DNA of 64,000 bases from Penicillus capitatus (taxonomy: Eukaryota > Plantae > Chlorophyta), in the NCBI GenBank assembly GCA_965649825.1, contig OZ287704.1:542301-606300 (forward strand), in the 5' to 3' direction. The notes below the pieces were generated by a model. That model saw nothing but the letters and a program-made list of their open reading frames with translations. It was not told the origin of the DNA and searched no databases. Made by a program: the position numbers and the translations under genes. Positions 21,641 to 35,579 of this stretch are shown piece by piece. The first letter of the stretch is position 1, and the number at the start of each line of letters is the position of its first letter.

Positions 21641-22691
21641 GGTTCAAAACGTGACGCTAAACACGGACGGCGCTCGTGCACTGCTACCATGCAGCTCTCG
21701 TACAGCACAGATGATGTTATTTATACTTCTCAATCAGCGACGAATCGCGAAGATGACATGAACGTCGAATCTCAGATCGCGGTGATCGGAAAGCGGTTGC
21801 TGGCGACTTACCCGCGACAGTGCACGCGTCCGCGTCGATCGCAGATGGCCATCGAGATATTCGCACTTCCTATCGCAGCTGCGGATTCCTTCCATCGACG
21901 TTCTCCAGAGGCCGCTGTGACGGTTCTTCGTTACGGACAGCGAAAAGCAATCACATCCTCGGAATGTAATGGATGGTCTCGTTGGCGAGATCTGTCCATC
22001 GCCTGTATTACACTTTCGCCTCTTTCTGAAGAGTGCAAGAGACTAGGCAAGGTAAGATCTTACACCGAAGAAGATTCGTTCGTATAAAGATCAATCGCTT
22101 TTATTATCTGGCGTTTCCCGCGATCAAAGAAACGATTTCGGCATTCGGATGCGAAGTACCCGCTCAGCTGAATCTCGAGTCGGCTGACTCTCGTGTATTC
22201 GCCGGTCCGAGTTCGCCGTCTCCGCACGCTCGACAGCACTACGAGGATTCGACGAAGCTGCATCGGCAGTCGTGCCAACTGCGAGCTGCTGCACATCCGT
22301 CCCGCTCTTCCGCTTCTGCTGAAACGCGACGGCCACTTCTTGGCCGTCTGCACACGGCATCAAACGCGCAGCCGTAGCAGCAGCAACGCACACCGCCGTC
22401 GAACACGCCTTCGCTGCGAGTGACGAGACGAACACGAGAGAGCGAAGAAAGAAATGGTCTGTCGAAGCTCTCGGAAAGGCGATCGCATCGCCTCGGCGCC
22501 GCGAGAGGCAAACGATCCGAACGCCGCCTCGAACGCTGCCGACATTGCAGGCGCCGTCCCGTCCTACCTCGTTCTCACGGACGAGCCACACTAACGCTCG
22601 CGAACGCGTTGCGCGAGACCACGGAGGAACAGGTCGAAACGGCCGAAACCGATCGGCGATGTCGCCCACAGCCGGCTTTCGAGTACACTAA

Positions 22692-24296
22692 CTACTGTGT
22701 TTTGTCCAGTCCGACGCCGATGGCTGCCAGTCTCTCCGGCACGGGAGGATGCGAATAGTGGTAAGTCGAGTACCACGGATCCACGTTCAGCGATCCCTTG
22801 TTCGAGTTCTCCAGGGTGATCAGAGCCCGCCGCAGGGCAGGTCCCATGCCCAGGTTCACGGAGAAGTTGTCTGCCTGGAACTCGAACCTTCGGCTCAGCA
22901 TGTTCTGGAAGAACTCCACGATCTGAGCACACACCGTCGCCTGGCTGGGAGCCGAGGTCCACTTCCGACGTCTCGCACCTCGTTCAAGGGAGCGCTGATG
23001 AACGAGAACAGCACGAAGGAGACGAAGGCGGGACGGTCTTCGGCAAACCCAAAGGACACGTAGAGATCGTCCGACGTGCGCACCAGACTGAAGAGCAGGA
23101 ACTGAGTGAGGAGAAAGACCTGAACTATGACGAAGTTGCATAGGTTGTGCGACAGCTTCCAGTGACCTGGGAACAGAGGAGCTCTGCGCCTGCCGCAGTC
23201 CGCAGCGCGAGACGCACCGAGCTCGTGGGCCAGCACGGCCGCGATTTCGTCCTCGGTGCACTGTTCGATCAGGGTGTCGTACAGGACAATGCGCTTGTTG
23301 CCGAAGAGCCCGTACATGTACGCATTGGAGTGGCCGCTTCGCTTGGAACCGTCGACCTTGTACAGCTTCTTCAGCGGAAATCCCAGACGCGATGCCAGGG
23401 CCTCAATCCGATCTCTGAGCGATCCCTGTTGCGCACACCCTGTCGCTCTGCGCAGACAGAGGGGAGGGAGCCTTGACCTGATCGAGCGGCTCGAATCTGT
23501 TGAAGAGCGGGGCGATGGCGGTGGGATAGATCGTCATCATAAACAGACTCAGCACCAGGCAGAACAGCCACAGGTAGACGGGCAGCCAGCGGTCCGAGTG
23601 CAGCAGAATCCAAGTGAAGCTTCCGACGATCGGCGGCAGGAAGATCGCGCCCAACATCCACTGCACAGCAGGAGAGGGTCTCGCGCGATCGATCGACAGA
23701 GCGGGCATCCACCGTGGTCAGTATGTCGGAGACGAACCCCTCCCCCGTTTGCTTGTTGAAGCCGTGGCTCTCCTCGAGAACGAAGGTCTGGTAGATGCTC
23801 CACGGTATGTCCAGGACGGAGGAGATCCACAGCAGCACGCCGATGTAGACAACCGTGCACGGGATCTCTCCGGAAAGGGCCCTCGGCAGGTACAGCATCC
23901 GAGAGCGGACGAGCCTCCACGCGAGGGGAAGCCATTCGCAGTAGAGCACCAGACACGTCTGGAACACGGAGCAGAATCCGTAGACGATGTTGAACCACCT
24001 GCGAGACGCCCCTCCAAGCAACAGACGTCGGATGCCGTGACTTGCCATTTGTCGATGGAATAGGAACGGGACTTCTGGAAGGTCTCTTGCGAGAAGACGG
24101 ATGCGAGCGACTCTGGCAGGTAGGTGCGCCGAATCGCCTAGAGATCTTCACTCGAGACAGAGTCTGAGACCGCGGGCGTGTTCTTTACGCGGTACTGACG
24201 CAGGTCGAGGTAGGTGTGGAGAACGTAGACAGCGACGGTGAATTCCAAGACGAGAGACGCATAGGGAACAATCGTTCCCGACTCAGACGCCGTCAT
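22692..24296 (-). CDS. STE24: CAAX prenyl protease 1 (Ste24/ZMPSTE24, peptidase M48), multi-exon
   Basis: Starts MTASESGTIVPYASLVLEF...YLDLRQY; FVLEESHGFNKQT; VDGSKRS.HSNAYMYGLFGNKRIVLYDTL; LAHELGHW (HExxH across an intron); FEFQADNF; YSTYHYSHPPVPERL. Confidence 0.95.
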
Positions 24297-24619
24297 GTGG
24301 CTGCACTGTCACGACACTCGGGAGAGCGGAACGAAAGGAAACGCTCGATGGTGACACAGACGTCTTGTCATGCAATTCCTCCGCCATAGAAGACAATACG
24401 ACGACGTTCAGAAACGCAGCTGCACGAGAGTCTGCTGCAGAGCATCGAACTCTTCTGTTTCCTGAGCAGTGTAGCATTCGATGCAAGGCATATTCTGGAG
24501 TCCTTTGCTCTTCCATTGCCAGATGATCTGTCACGACTTACAACGTTCTTTCATGACAACATTTGTGCACTTGCCTTTGCAAAATTCCGAAACGTCAGCC
24601 GAACACGTCGCTCTCACAC

Positions 24620-24900
24620 CGCAAAGGAAGAACACATTTAAGGCTTCAGCGTGACCACTAGCTGCGGCTTGATGAATCGCTGTCCATCCGTCGGTCTGCT
24701 GAGCATCGACATCGGCACCGGCTTCCAGAAGAATCTGTAGAAGGATCTGTGTTGCGACAGACCGAGCAACTCTGTATCTAAACGTCACTTCAATGATGTC
24801 GATGTATCCAAAAACGCGGCTGCTCAAGTAGGGTTCTTTAATTGCCGGTGGCAACTTCTGTTAGCGCACCCATCTCGATGAGGGCCTTCAGTCAGCAACA
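24620..24900 (-). pseudogene. Ankyrin-repeat gene fragment
   Basis: ILLEAGADVDAQQTDGWTAIHQAAASGHAEAL is a canonical ankyrin repeat; upstream LKALIEMGA is followed by a stop; no complete gene found. Confidence 0.6.
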
Positions 24901-25559
24901 GTTTTCGAAGTCGGATCAGAAGTTAGCGGGAAGTTGACGCAGTGCAGCCTAGAATTGTTCAGGAGGCGTATGTAAGAAAAACGCAAGATCGCCCAACCGT
25001 CCGACATGACAGGATGCAGCACTGTAGATGTCACGTCGCGGACCTTGGTATTCTCAAGAGCGTTGTTAGCAGCGGCCTAATGCAACAGAGTGCAGCATAT
25101 GTCTATCTGGTAGCCCTTTACGGTGACACTCTCACCAAGTTCACTGTCGACATGCAGGCCCTCCAAGACAAGCGCCATGGCATCCGTCGCATCATCTTCC
25201 ATTCCGACAGACACACCGAACGAGTACACAGAGTTCTGCTTCGGCACGACTTACGGTAAGCATCTCAGAGGGCGACAGCAACTCGTATACTTTGCGCTTT
25301 CTAGCCATCTCTCTCGCTTCTCCTTTCCTTCGAAGCTATACTCATGTCCATCATGGTGTTGGCAAGAAGTGTTTGCCAAAATCTCGTTCACCTTCGATCG
25401 ACGTTCGATTGTTTCTTCGATCTAATCGAGAGTGTAATCGACGCTTGTGTAGACAGCGGGTTCAAACCTACTGCGCTGGTCGGCTTCGTCATCTGCGTTT
25501 CCGTAAGACGTGATCCTGACGACCATGTCCAGGCTCGGATTTCCCTTTTTGATGCCTCT

Positions 25560-26560
25560 TCAGAGAATCTGTCTACAGCAAAGGCCCTCCTGTATCTCCT
25601 GCCGCGGCAAGTCGCGTGTGAATGATGGGTAAACGACGCAGAAACGATGAAATGCATTGCCTTTATATGTGTCTTGGTCCAGACCGTCGGGGCAGATCCA
25701 GCCGTCTGCGTCCGTCATACTGGGTGGCAGATCACAGTGTTTTTGTTCGACGATCGCCAATCGATCAGTAATGCAGCAGTGTTCTTGCGACAGCAGTAGA
25801 TTCGGTCATACCCCAACCGGCGACCGCCGTATAATCTCCAGCGATGACGGTAACATCGCCCGTTCCAACTTGGTCGTGTCGGACTCTTCGCCTTTTCGTT
25901 TAACTCTATCTGGCACTCGATGTCGCATCTGTCTGCCACATCGCCTATTCAATTGCGGTCGGTGGACGTATCCTTCGACCGCATCAAACACCTAAAAGGA
26001 CCCGGACGGTGCAGCATCGCAAATCGGAGCTTATCTGTCACTCGTCTTATCGGAATCGATGTCGTCGACTTTGTGAATGCCTCAGTAGACAAGGGGTCAG
26101 TCAGCCCGGTCGACCCTCCAATTCTATTGTCCACGCAAAGAGTTGCCGTCAGAATCCAGTCCTGTCGGATGAGCGTCGCGCTACACACGTGCGTTCGACG
26201 GCTGCGCCTTCGTAAGCTGTGAATGTAGAAATACCGCCCGAACGGTGCCTTATTTCTCCCTGTCCATCATCTGTAGAACCAACGAACAGACGAACATGCA
26301 AGAAAGCAACGCGACATGCCGTTTATCATGATGTTCTGGTCGGTGTTGAGATCGTGAACGTCGCGCTCATCGTTTTCTGCCAAGCACAGGGGTTTCTTGA
26401 ATGCCGAAGAGCGGTTTCGCATTTTTTTCCCTACCGTGGCTACCGCAGGCAACGGCAGAGCGAACAGCAACATGCACAGCGGCAAGTACATGCGAGCTGA
26501 TATCGTGTTCGTTGACCAACACGAGTGCGACGCTGAAGCTAAAGGGACGAACGTGTTCAA
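25560..26560 (-). pseudogene. Trypsin-like (S1) serine protease homologue, catalytically dead and frameshifted
   Basis: Signal-like LCMLLFALPLPAVA; CxATLIRQDWILTATLCV (TAAHC has become TATLC); DIECQIEL; WICPDGLDQDTYKGNAF (GDSGG lost); pieces lie in different frames. Confidence 0.65.
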
Positions 26561-29500
26561 CGCGGAATGCGACTATACTGTCTCTGGAATCATTTTATAG
26601 CGAGACGGCCACATGATGACTTGGCGATTCTGCACCGCAGCGAACCTACGAATTCCGGGCTAGATGCAGAACACACAAAACGGAAGCACATTTAGAAGCA
26701 GCCAAAACGAACTTGTTGGAATCGACCGGCAACGCGTAAGATGCGCATCTGGTTGCAATACAGAATCCCGTCCGTACTCGATGTTTATTTATCTCTGTCG
26801 ACAGGCTGCAGATCGCTGGAACGCAGTTGCGCATTCAGACATTTTCTCTTAACTCGTTTGCTCCTCTCGCGATTCATGTCAGTTTCTCTTGCTCGTGCGT
26901 GTCCATTTCTCGACGTGATGTGTGTGGTCAAGCGAAGACTCGAGAAAGGCAGAAGTTTTCACATCATCTGTCGAGGGAGGAGAAGACGGTCGCTCATGAC
27001 GTCTGAGGTGATCGCTACAAAGCGACCGACAGTGAAGACGTCGATGGATTCGCCGTCAGAGAACGGCGCGCAGACTTATGAAAGTCATCGTCCACAAGAT
27101 CCAGAGAGAAACCCGTTGTCGAAGTTCGCTCCTCGGATCGACTGCGTATCGGCTATACTCGATGTGACTTCTGTGGCGACAAATGAGACCTCAGTTTGAA
27201 ACAGAGTGTCCTGCACCGATCGAATCTTTTTCACAAACGGCAGACAGTGTGCAGACTTCATTTCAACATCTTACTCCTCTGTAACGCCATCATCTCGCAG
27301 TACTGAGCTTTCACCGAGAATTCGATTCTCTCCATAAGAGCACCAAACAAAGGAATTGAACGAATCTACCATCCATGAACACGGCCGACAGAGATCAAAC
27401 CGTAGGACGAGCGTTCGTTCATCTACGAACGCGTCTCGATAACCCGCCGACCGCTCACGAAAGCAATGGACTTCGCTTCTTGAAAACAGGTAAAGGATAA
27501 AGATTGTATGCTGTCGTGTATGTAGACGGGACTAAGACATAGAAGAGAGTGTTCGTGTGATCTATCCTTTCTTTACAATTTTACGATTCCTGCGTCTTGT
27601 CTCGCTTGCTGGATGTGACGTTTCCGTGTTGGTCACGGCACTTGAGTCTTTCAGCCGATTTACTGTTATGCCCTTGTTCCTCTTTCGTAGGATTTTGAAG
27701 CTCCTGTAGCGAAGTTCGGCAACGACATGATGTCACATTCGCAAAGACTCCTCAAGCTTCTTATTGTCTGGTCATCGGCGTCCGTTGCGCTTTTCACGAC
27801 CAAGCGCGTTCTCTTCAGCGCCGTCTGCAAAGCGGTTGACCATGTATGTCAACACTCTCAAAAGTTCAGGTCGAGAGACAGACAGCATTTCGGCGTCCTA
27901 ACTCCAACAACAGCTTCCTGTCTCTTGTCGACTGCAACTCCATGAGCGAGCGATGTGAAATGACAGACATGACATCAATAGTGCCTTAATCCAAAGCTTC
28001 GGATTTGATTACTAACGACTTCGCATTCACAACCAGGACTGGAGCTTCTTTTGCGGTGCGACTTAAATATCGGACGTCGCGTCTCTCCTCTCTCAAGGGT
28101 AATCGGCAGAATTAGGATGCTGGTAGATAGACGCCATCCAGAACGCTACACATTACGCTCTTCTCTTCCGACTTCCTTCCATCATGGCAATCATCTGGTA
28201 AGCTATGAATTGTTCCAGAAATCGTTCATGTCCAAGAGAAGAGCATTCCGCTGTCAGTTCTGAATGCGAGGGATAAGAGACACATTCGTCGAATGCGTCG
28301 ATCGCGAATCGTCGAACCACTTCAACTCCTGCCCCTCTGCAGAACGCATAGAGCAAGGAACACACGACACGACAAATTGACCGCTTAGTTATCGTCGGTT
28401 TTGTCTCAAACCTCAATTCTCCTTCACGTCCGCTTCTCTCTAGACAAGAAGGCGACGAACCTCCTTCTCGGCCCTTTCTTTATGTTTCCGAAACTGCACC
28501 TGTTGACTATCTTTTCCGGTGGAATCTTTGCCGACTTCTGTCTTTCGTTGAGTTCCAGGCAGAGCTGCGAGAGACACACCAACCCATCCACCCCGCAAAC
28601 GCCTTACGAATTCGCCACATATTCAACAATCGTTCCAAATGTGGAGCGTCGTCACAGGGACAAATCTCAGCAGATAGACGCGATCGTATCCATAAGCTTA
28701 AGTGTCTTGCAGAGAGAGCTCTTTCTTTCTCAGCAAGCGAACGATATCTCCGAGCGATATCAGCAGCGATCTTCTTCAAGAGATGCCATTCTTGAGCGAC
28801 CTTATATTCTGCAAAGTCCACCCCGGAAAACGACACAAGAGACAAAAAACAGGCATTTCCGTTCACATACCCCCTCTCTGTCTTTAGTCCTTGTTCAACT
28901 TAAGCCATAACTTGCTCGCGACCTTTTATCCGATTCCTGTACATTCGAACCGCTCGGTCGGCCTCGTTTTATGTTTCTCTTTGTGGCTTTCTAGATGTTT
29001 CCTCCAGCATTCGATTTCTTAGAACAACGAACGCACATGGCACACATAAAGGAATCAGCATAGCCCACCGCGTACAAATCCGAATGCTCTCAGTTCGTAA
29101 TCAATCTCTGCTGACAGAAATACAAAGCCTTTGGTAAAAAAAAGTCACTTGCGATGCGACGTAGGCAATCAGTCAGCTGTCAAGTCAACTGTTTGCATTC
29201 TTATACTTTCGCTTTGCGTTCAGTCAAATACAGCCGAAGTCGTCGGAGAAGAAGGGGAAGATGTTGCAGACGAAGGCAGGTAAGCGTATATGCACACGGT
29301 GAAAGAGAAACGTTGTGGAACACGATCTGGACAGTTGATGTGCAACGCGCCGAGGCAAGAATGCGAGGAGCTGACACAAGCTGTCACTTCAAACTACTTT
29401 TTAAAGACCGTTTTAATGTATAGTGGCGATACAGGCAAACGAAAACATTTATTTATTAGAAACGTCAAACACATCCGGAATAACAGCCTTGTATATACCT

Positions 29501-29993
29501 GTACTTAACCAAAAAACTGTCACACCCTAGGATCTCTCGACAGTCCGGCCAATCAGTATAGGAAGACGACGCAGTGAAAAATGACAATTCGCGAAAAACG
29601 CATTCTTGAAGAAGGTCGTTGTGGCTATCACGTAGACGCAGAAGAGCACAATGGCGGTACTCTGCACGCCTGACCCGATCCACACACCTGCCAATGATTT
29701 GCGTCAGATGAACAACCACAAGAAGGAGAGATTGCCTTGAGACAGATGATTCATACATCGAAGTACAGAAGACAGTCGACACGGCAACACAGAGCCATCT
29801 GTTTCGTACACTTAAGACGCGATCTGCCACATTCTTTGTCACTCTTATCGCCATGTAGAACGAAGTGCGATGCGCTGTCGGGATGACACGGTCGGCACTC
29901 GAGAACGTCGTGCGTCCGTCGAATCGTTCAGTACGGTAGCCGCGACCAAGGACAGGTGAGAAAAATAGAACGTATGAATGAAATTAAAGCTAA

Positions 29994-32456
29994 TCATTTA
30001 ACCCGACGGTCCGGTTTCTCCAGAAGAGTGATTTTGACGATAAGGGTTAACCAGCCGTCCTTCACAAAACCGAGCTTTTCGTCCTCCACTTCAAAAAAGC
30101 TCAGCGACTGATTGAGCGATTCATAGCACTCTGTGTTAATCACCACCTCCTTTTCTATTGAACATTTGTTAGCGGACGAAGCTAGCTGCGGCGCACTACC
30201 ATGAATTTTTCCCTCAATTGGTTGTGGGTACTTGATGACAAGGAGTTCGACGAGGGCACGAACGTTTTCCTTCGACCAATTGGCGATAGACAGCTTCGTG
30301 CTTTTCATATCAGACTCAGAATTGAGAGAATGAAGTTCCAACGTTCTGCTCAATGCAAACGGCTCAAGAGATGAAAGTCGAAGAAATAAGGGCGAGTAGA
30401 TACGTGCTTACATCGGGGTGTCATTGATCCAGATTTTCTCTGAAATCATGCGACCAGGATTCAATTGTGCATATCTCACTTTCCACTAGAACACAGCTTC
30501 AGTTCGGGAAGAAATGAGGAGGTTAAGCATACTATGCATCTGGCAGTCTTTCTATAAGTGGAACACTTGAAGTTCTCATTGTCCTGGTTAGGAAATCTCA
30601 AATCTATGCGAACAAGAAAAAAATCGTGTTTCAGGAACCCAGAGGATGAGTCCATGAGGTCCTTGACGGTGCACAAGGTAGACTTTCCAATGAATCTCTC
30701 AGGGTGTGTTGTAAAACGGCAACCTTCAGCAGATACATCGACACGTGAAAGGTTGAAGTATATGCAGAAACGCCAGCTTACTGTATGTCTTGTTTTTTGT
30801 TGCGTCTTCGAAGTTGATGACCTTCGTGGTGGAGTGAACCCAAACCTCTGATCCTTGCGTAGAGCGGAAGAAAATGCCGATATCTCCATTCCTTGCCCTT
30901 CTGACGTTGAACTCCCTGGCTGACAGCAGGACATTGACGGACATGACAGAATCCAGAGTTACCATATGTGATCGTTTATCTTGAAAGACTTAGAGAACAG
31001 TCCCTTCGGATTCTCCAACAGAGACCGGTGCACACAGCACTGGGGAAGACTACCAGTCTGCAACGAGAAGGGAAGCAGGCTGAATTACCTCGTAGTAGGC
31101 GTACCACTTGGACTTGGCGAGCAGAAAGGCATGCTCAACGCCGTTATCGACACCAGTCCCCTCTGTGTTTCGAACACATATCAGACAAGCAAAGCAGAAA
31201 GCAGACATCGACTTTCGATCTGCACACTTAGCGCGTCGTCGATGGCCAGAGAGCTTCCTTCTTTCTCTTCCACCTCTCTTCTTTGGCGAAGCATCTCCAG
31301 CGCGAACTGTCTGCAGCTCATGAAAGAGATCCTTGCGCACAGTGTGATCCAGCCATCTTGCACGAAGCCACTTGTCTTGTCTTCAAGCTCGCTCTCCTTT
31401 GCGAGATGAATCCAGTCCGTCCGGGATCCCGGGCCCCGCAGATAGAGCATCTCTGCGAGCAAAACAGGACTCATCAGAGCGAGAGAGAGGCAGAAAATGG
31501 TATCACCGAGAGAAGAGGCGGCTCCAGTGACTTCGCGGTTCAAGATGGAGCACAACAAGCGTCCGTAGAGGGGACTGCCTCCCGTGTGTTGCATCGACAG
31601 ATCCAGGCCTGTCGAATCAGAAGTCGATCCAGGCATTCGGACTGTTAAGCTCCTACGTGGCCGACCGTCAAACAAGAGGAACAACTGCGAGCGCCGCGGT
31701 TCTTACAGTGTGCAGCCGCCCGTGTTGAGGAACTCTGTCAGAATGGATGGACTCATCTGTTTGAGGTGTCTCAGCTTCCACTGTGGTACACAAAATATAT
31801 GCCAAAGAGAGAGGCGAGGAGGAGAGACGACCTCGCACACAGCGTCCCCTCCCTGGAAGGAGAGCTTCCAAAGCTCGCTCTCCGGGCACCTGATTCGCAG
31901 TTCCAGGCGCAGCGTGAAGTAGTCGCCGTTAAGGAAACGTGTGCATCGATTCTTGACGTCATCGATCCTCGCCATGTCACGAATTCCCTGCCGACGATCA
32001 AACGGACGGAAGACACAAGTGACATCTAGACAAGGAAAAGAGACAGTTCAGAAGATTGAGGACGTCAGCTGATTCTCTTCTGGCAACTTTCGCAGATGTT
32101 TTGCTTCTCGTCCTCCCAGTTGACGAGAGTCAGAGAGAAGTAAGCCTTGACCACTCTCCAGTTCCGAGAACAGAGACAAGTTCTAAGGTTCCCTGTCGCC
32201 GAGTTCTCGACTTCGATGCACCTTCATCACAGAACACGAGTACTCTGAGATGTCCACTGTGTCCTCCCTTACCAATGATGGCCATTGACTTCGAAGTTAT
32301 CTGAAAATATCTTCGCGTTCTTCTTTTCAAAAAAAGAGTGATGCACACGCCACTAGCAGAATGCATCACGGTAACGATTTCAACGAGTCTGGAGACCTTA
32401 CTTCGTAAGTCGCGTACCACGCATGCTTCTTCAACGTATAAGCGTGGGGGATGCCT
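29994..32456 (-). CDS. Multi-MATH/TRAF domain gene, copy 2; 5' end joined to a Pmp-like fragment
   Basis: Exon-by-exon paralog of 14970-17445 (homology about 29880-32456); last exon intact (LGFVKDGWLTLIVKITLLEK); upstream of GIPHAYTLKKHAW the sequence switches to unrelated DNA. Confidence 0.65.
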
Positions 32457-32459
32457 CTC

Positions 32460-33166
32460 GAAATCTGACTGGACGACCTCCAGACTGGCTTCGTGGGTGT
32501 CATTGACGCATACGGCGCCTCACGAGAACTAAGCTTCGTTCTGTTTGAAAGCGCACTTTCTAAAAACCAGGTCGATATCCCGTGCGAAAACGGCTCCTCC
32601 GTGTGCGGCGCGATTGCGTTGGAAATGACAAGAGTCGAACCGGACCAGAGATCGAACGCACGAGGATCCTCGACACGCCTCTGCGTGTACGGCGCCTCCC
32701 AAGGTCGTAACCGCAAGATCGCCGTTGTCGACGAAACGGACGCGCTCGAAGCCGATCGTTGACACGCGCCGCCTGTCTTCGGTTTGCCTGCCCTCGACGA
32801 TGACCGCGGAGTGATCGTGGCACCCAGTGAGGGTCGCACGCGAGATAACAACCTTTCTTCCCCTGCAACCACATACTCGTACAGTGCCTGACTGTCGCGG
32901 ACACGCGTCTGCCTGATGACGATGGCACTCTGGTGGCCGTCACCCGGACAACGCAGGATCGTGTCCCTCCTTCGCGATCCTTCGATGCTGACACTTTTGG
33001 CATCGACGAACAGCGTTTTCGTGAGCGACACGTCAGTCGCGTCCACGATGATACGCGCTCCGTCCTCAAGTCCTCGGACAGCGTCTTGGAGCTCTTTCTC
33101 GGTAGCGACGACGGTCACTTCTCTGCCACTTCGCACTTTGGTCCTTCGATTCTGACCCAGGACTAA
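32460..33166 (-). pseudogene. 5' fragment of another Pmp-like beta-helix gene
   Basis: ELQDAVRGLEDGARIIVDATDVSLTKTL...LRCPGD; FERVRFVDN...GGAVHA...FQRNRAAHGGAVFA...FKQNEA*FS*GAV: typical repeats, with in-frame stops and truncation. Confidence 0.7.
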
Positions 33167-34644
33167 GAGCGAAACCGATTGCCCCGTGCTCTACGAACCT
33201 CGTCCGTCTCTACCTCCGAAATTTGCGAACGACAAGAAGACGACGGCGACGGCGAGACGCCTCCACATGTCGATGAGCGGGGCGGAAGAATCTTAAGGCG
33301 CGACTCGGACGATGGGCGATTGTGTGGCGAATCGGACACACGAATCTCCGTCTAGGCTGTGGGGCAGCGAAAACGCGAATGCGCGAAGGCCGAGAGCCGA
33401 ATGATGCAGCAGGGCGCCGACTGTTGACAATCGCCCGATCAATTATCATTTGTCATGCTCCTCATAACAGCTGTCCACCATTGATGCTCTAAACTGGCGT
33501 GATGCATGACGCTATGGATCGACAATGATGCGAATGTGTCAACAGGCTGCCTCGAAAACATTCTTGTTGTTGCGTCGCAGCTTCCAGGCGAACGAGATGG
33601 AGGAGTTGCCGTCCGCCAGCCTCACGCCTGATTATTGCGACCCAGCTCTTGTCTGTCTGCCGCCTGTCATGTTTCCTTGTCCATAGATCAGACCCGCACA
33701 CGCTATAGACGTTGCCTCGGGATCGGCAGTTCGGCAAGATCCCATCATCATCAACCTGTAATTGCTTTCGTGCCTTAGGCCATCTGCGGCGAAGGCGACG
33801 CCAACCATGTGGCTGCTGCCCAGATCAATGAGCGCAGCGCATCTCCTTGCGGGAACAAAACTGGCTATAACAGGAAAGGCTCTGGCGTTGGAATCAACGC
33901 GACGGGGTCTGAGTGAAATGGAAGAAACGTCTTCCTAACGCCAGCGGGTTCTCTTCATCAAAAGATCTGTCGGTTGTCAAGCTTGCTGCACCGGAACACT
34001 TGAAGTGGCTCTCTTCCAAGCGTCGGGAAAGTGTTTTTCGCTTTCCTTTAGGCCAGAAATGATATACTCTTACATGAGAGTGGATCGTTCTCATCGTTCG
34101 ATCAGATTAGACGATCTAGCTGCACGAAGGAGGGATGTGTAACTCAAAGCCACTCAGTGAACTGCCGATACGTTTCTAGGCTCTTTTATCATTCCGTGTG
34201 CCGGCAGCATTGTCAGTCGTCGAGGTCACTGTGGAGCCGGTTTGATGCCGGAATGTGCCTATGCTGCTCATAGTGCGCGTCGCTGACTGACTGCTCGAGC
34301 GATAGACCACACAAGAGGCTGCTTTATCGCGAAAAACAGAGGGCCTGGTCCGATGAAGGCGCTAGATGTATCGTTTTGCACTTTGAGGTCAGCAACGAGC
34401 AGCAGAGAAGACGGCATTCATCTGCTGACTGTCGTGCAAAACTAGGATGCAAAGAGATTCTCGAAACAGAGTGGAAGTCGTTAATTAGATCTTGACACTG
34501 TTTTGCTGTTTGGCGACTTTTTCACTAACCGATCGCCAAAACCGAGTAACATCTTTCGCACTCGAACGAGATCCATCCAGATGGGCCGCGTACGCATAGA
34601 TCGATCGACAGAGAAACCGACTGAGCTGTATAGAGCATTTCGAA

Positions 34645-35540
34645 TACTCCATCGACTAGAGCATCAGATCAGCACTGTGTGCTTCTAGGCAGAGATGGCT
34701 CTGTGGGATGCACATCTGGGTGCGCAGAAACACGCAGCAACAGACGCATTCACTCTCGCTGGTACTGCTCTTTGGCAATTGGCGCTGTCCGGAAACGCGA
34801 CGTTTTGCTAGATGCGATGTTGGCGCCGATGCTCTTGATTCTAGCAAAGTTTGGAATGACCTTCCAAAGACCATCCTAACATGACAAAAAGTACAGCGAG
34901 ATGATACGGGCGAGTACGGATCTTTCTTGTTCGTCTTTGAGTCGTGTGTAATCAGGAGTTTCCAGCTGTGATGAAGACCTCGCCCCCACACTGGGTTGGT
35001 GCCGAACGTGCAAACTCGTTCATCAGTTTTTTGTAGTCTTGGATCTTCTTTCTTGAGTTTTGAATGACAGTCAGCAATAGATGCATCTGGGTGGCAGTAG
35101 TATACGATTGAACTGTTTTGTGGTCCTCTGAGTCCTGCAGGTTTTAACCGAGTCGATCAAACACAGCTCTAGCAACCTGGACTGGGATGCATAAAAGACG
35201 TTTTATTTTGCGTTTTCGACGCGTTCGTTATCGCGAGCTACATTGTCTACTGTGTCTGTACAATTGCCATAAGTAAATGGCCTAAACAGCTTAAACATGT
35301 GTCTGTACAATTGCCACAAAAGAGATGGCCCAAACAGAGAATCCCTCTTTTTATTAAACCAAACGGACAGAATGTAATCGATTCAGTACTACGTCATCAA
35401 GATTGTAAAATCTAGTTTGTACAAATCTAGCATTTTAAATGCTCAAAGTATAGAAAACTGGCAAAAAGATATGCAGAAATGCCATATGATTATTCGTGTA
35501 GATGTGATAGAGACTGAGCCACAACAACTGAAAAGTACGC
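34645..35540 (+). repeat. Composite repeat, block A, left copy (inverted copy at 58630-59515)
   Basis: Clear but diverged reverse-complement similarity, including the tandemly doubled TGTGTCTGTACAATTGCCA...GATGGCCTAAACAGC motif. Confidence 0.85.
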
Positions 35541-35579
35541 GATCGGCTACATAATAGGCTGTTTGCTGTCAGATTTCAA

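Noticed and set aside
21206-22087. 293-aa plus-strand ORF
   Set aside because: Largely antisense to the Cys/Trp-repeat gene; no recognisable features.
28153-28910. Possible Sfi1-like or helical-repeat exons (IRKAFAGW)
   Set aside because: A single motif with no consistent exon chain; cannot be supported.
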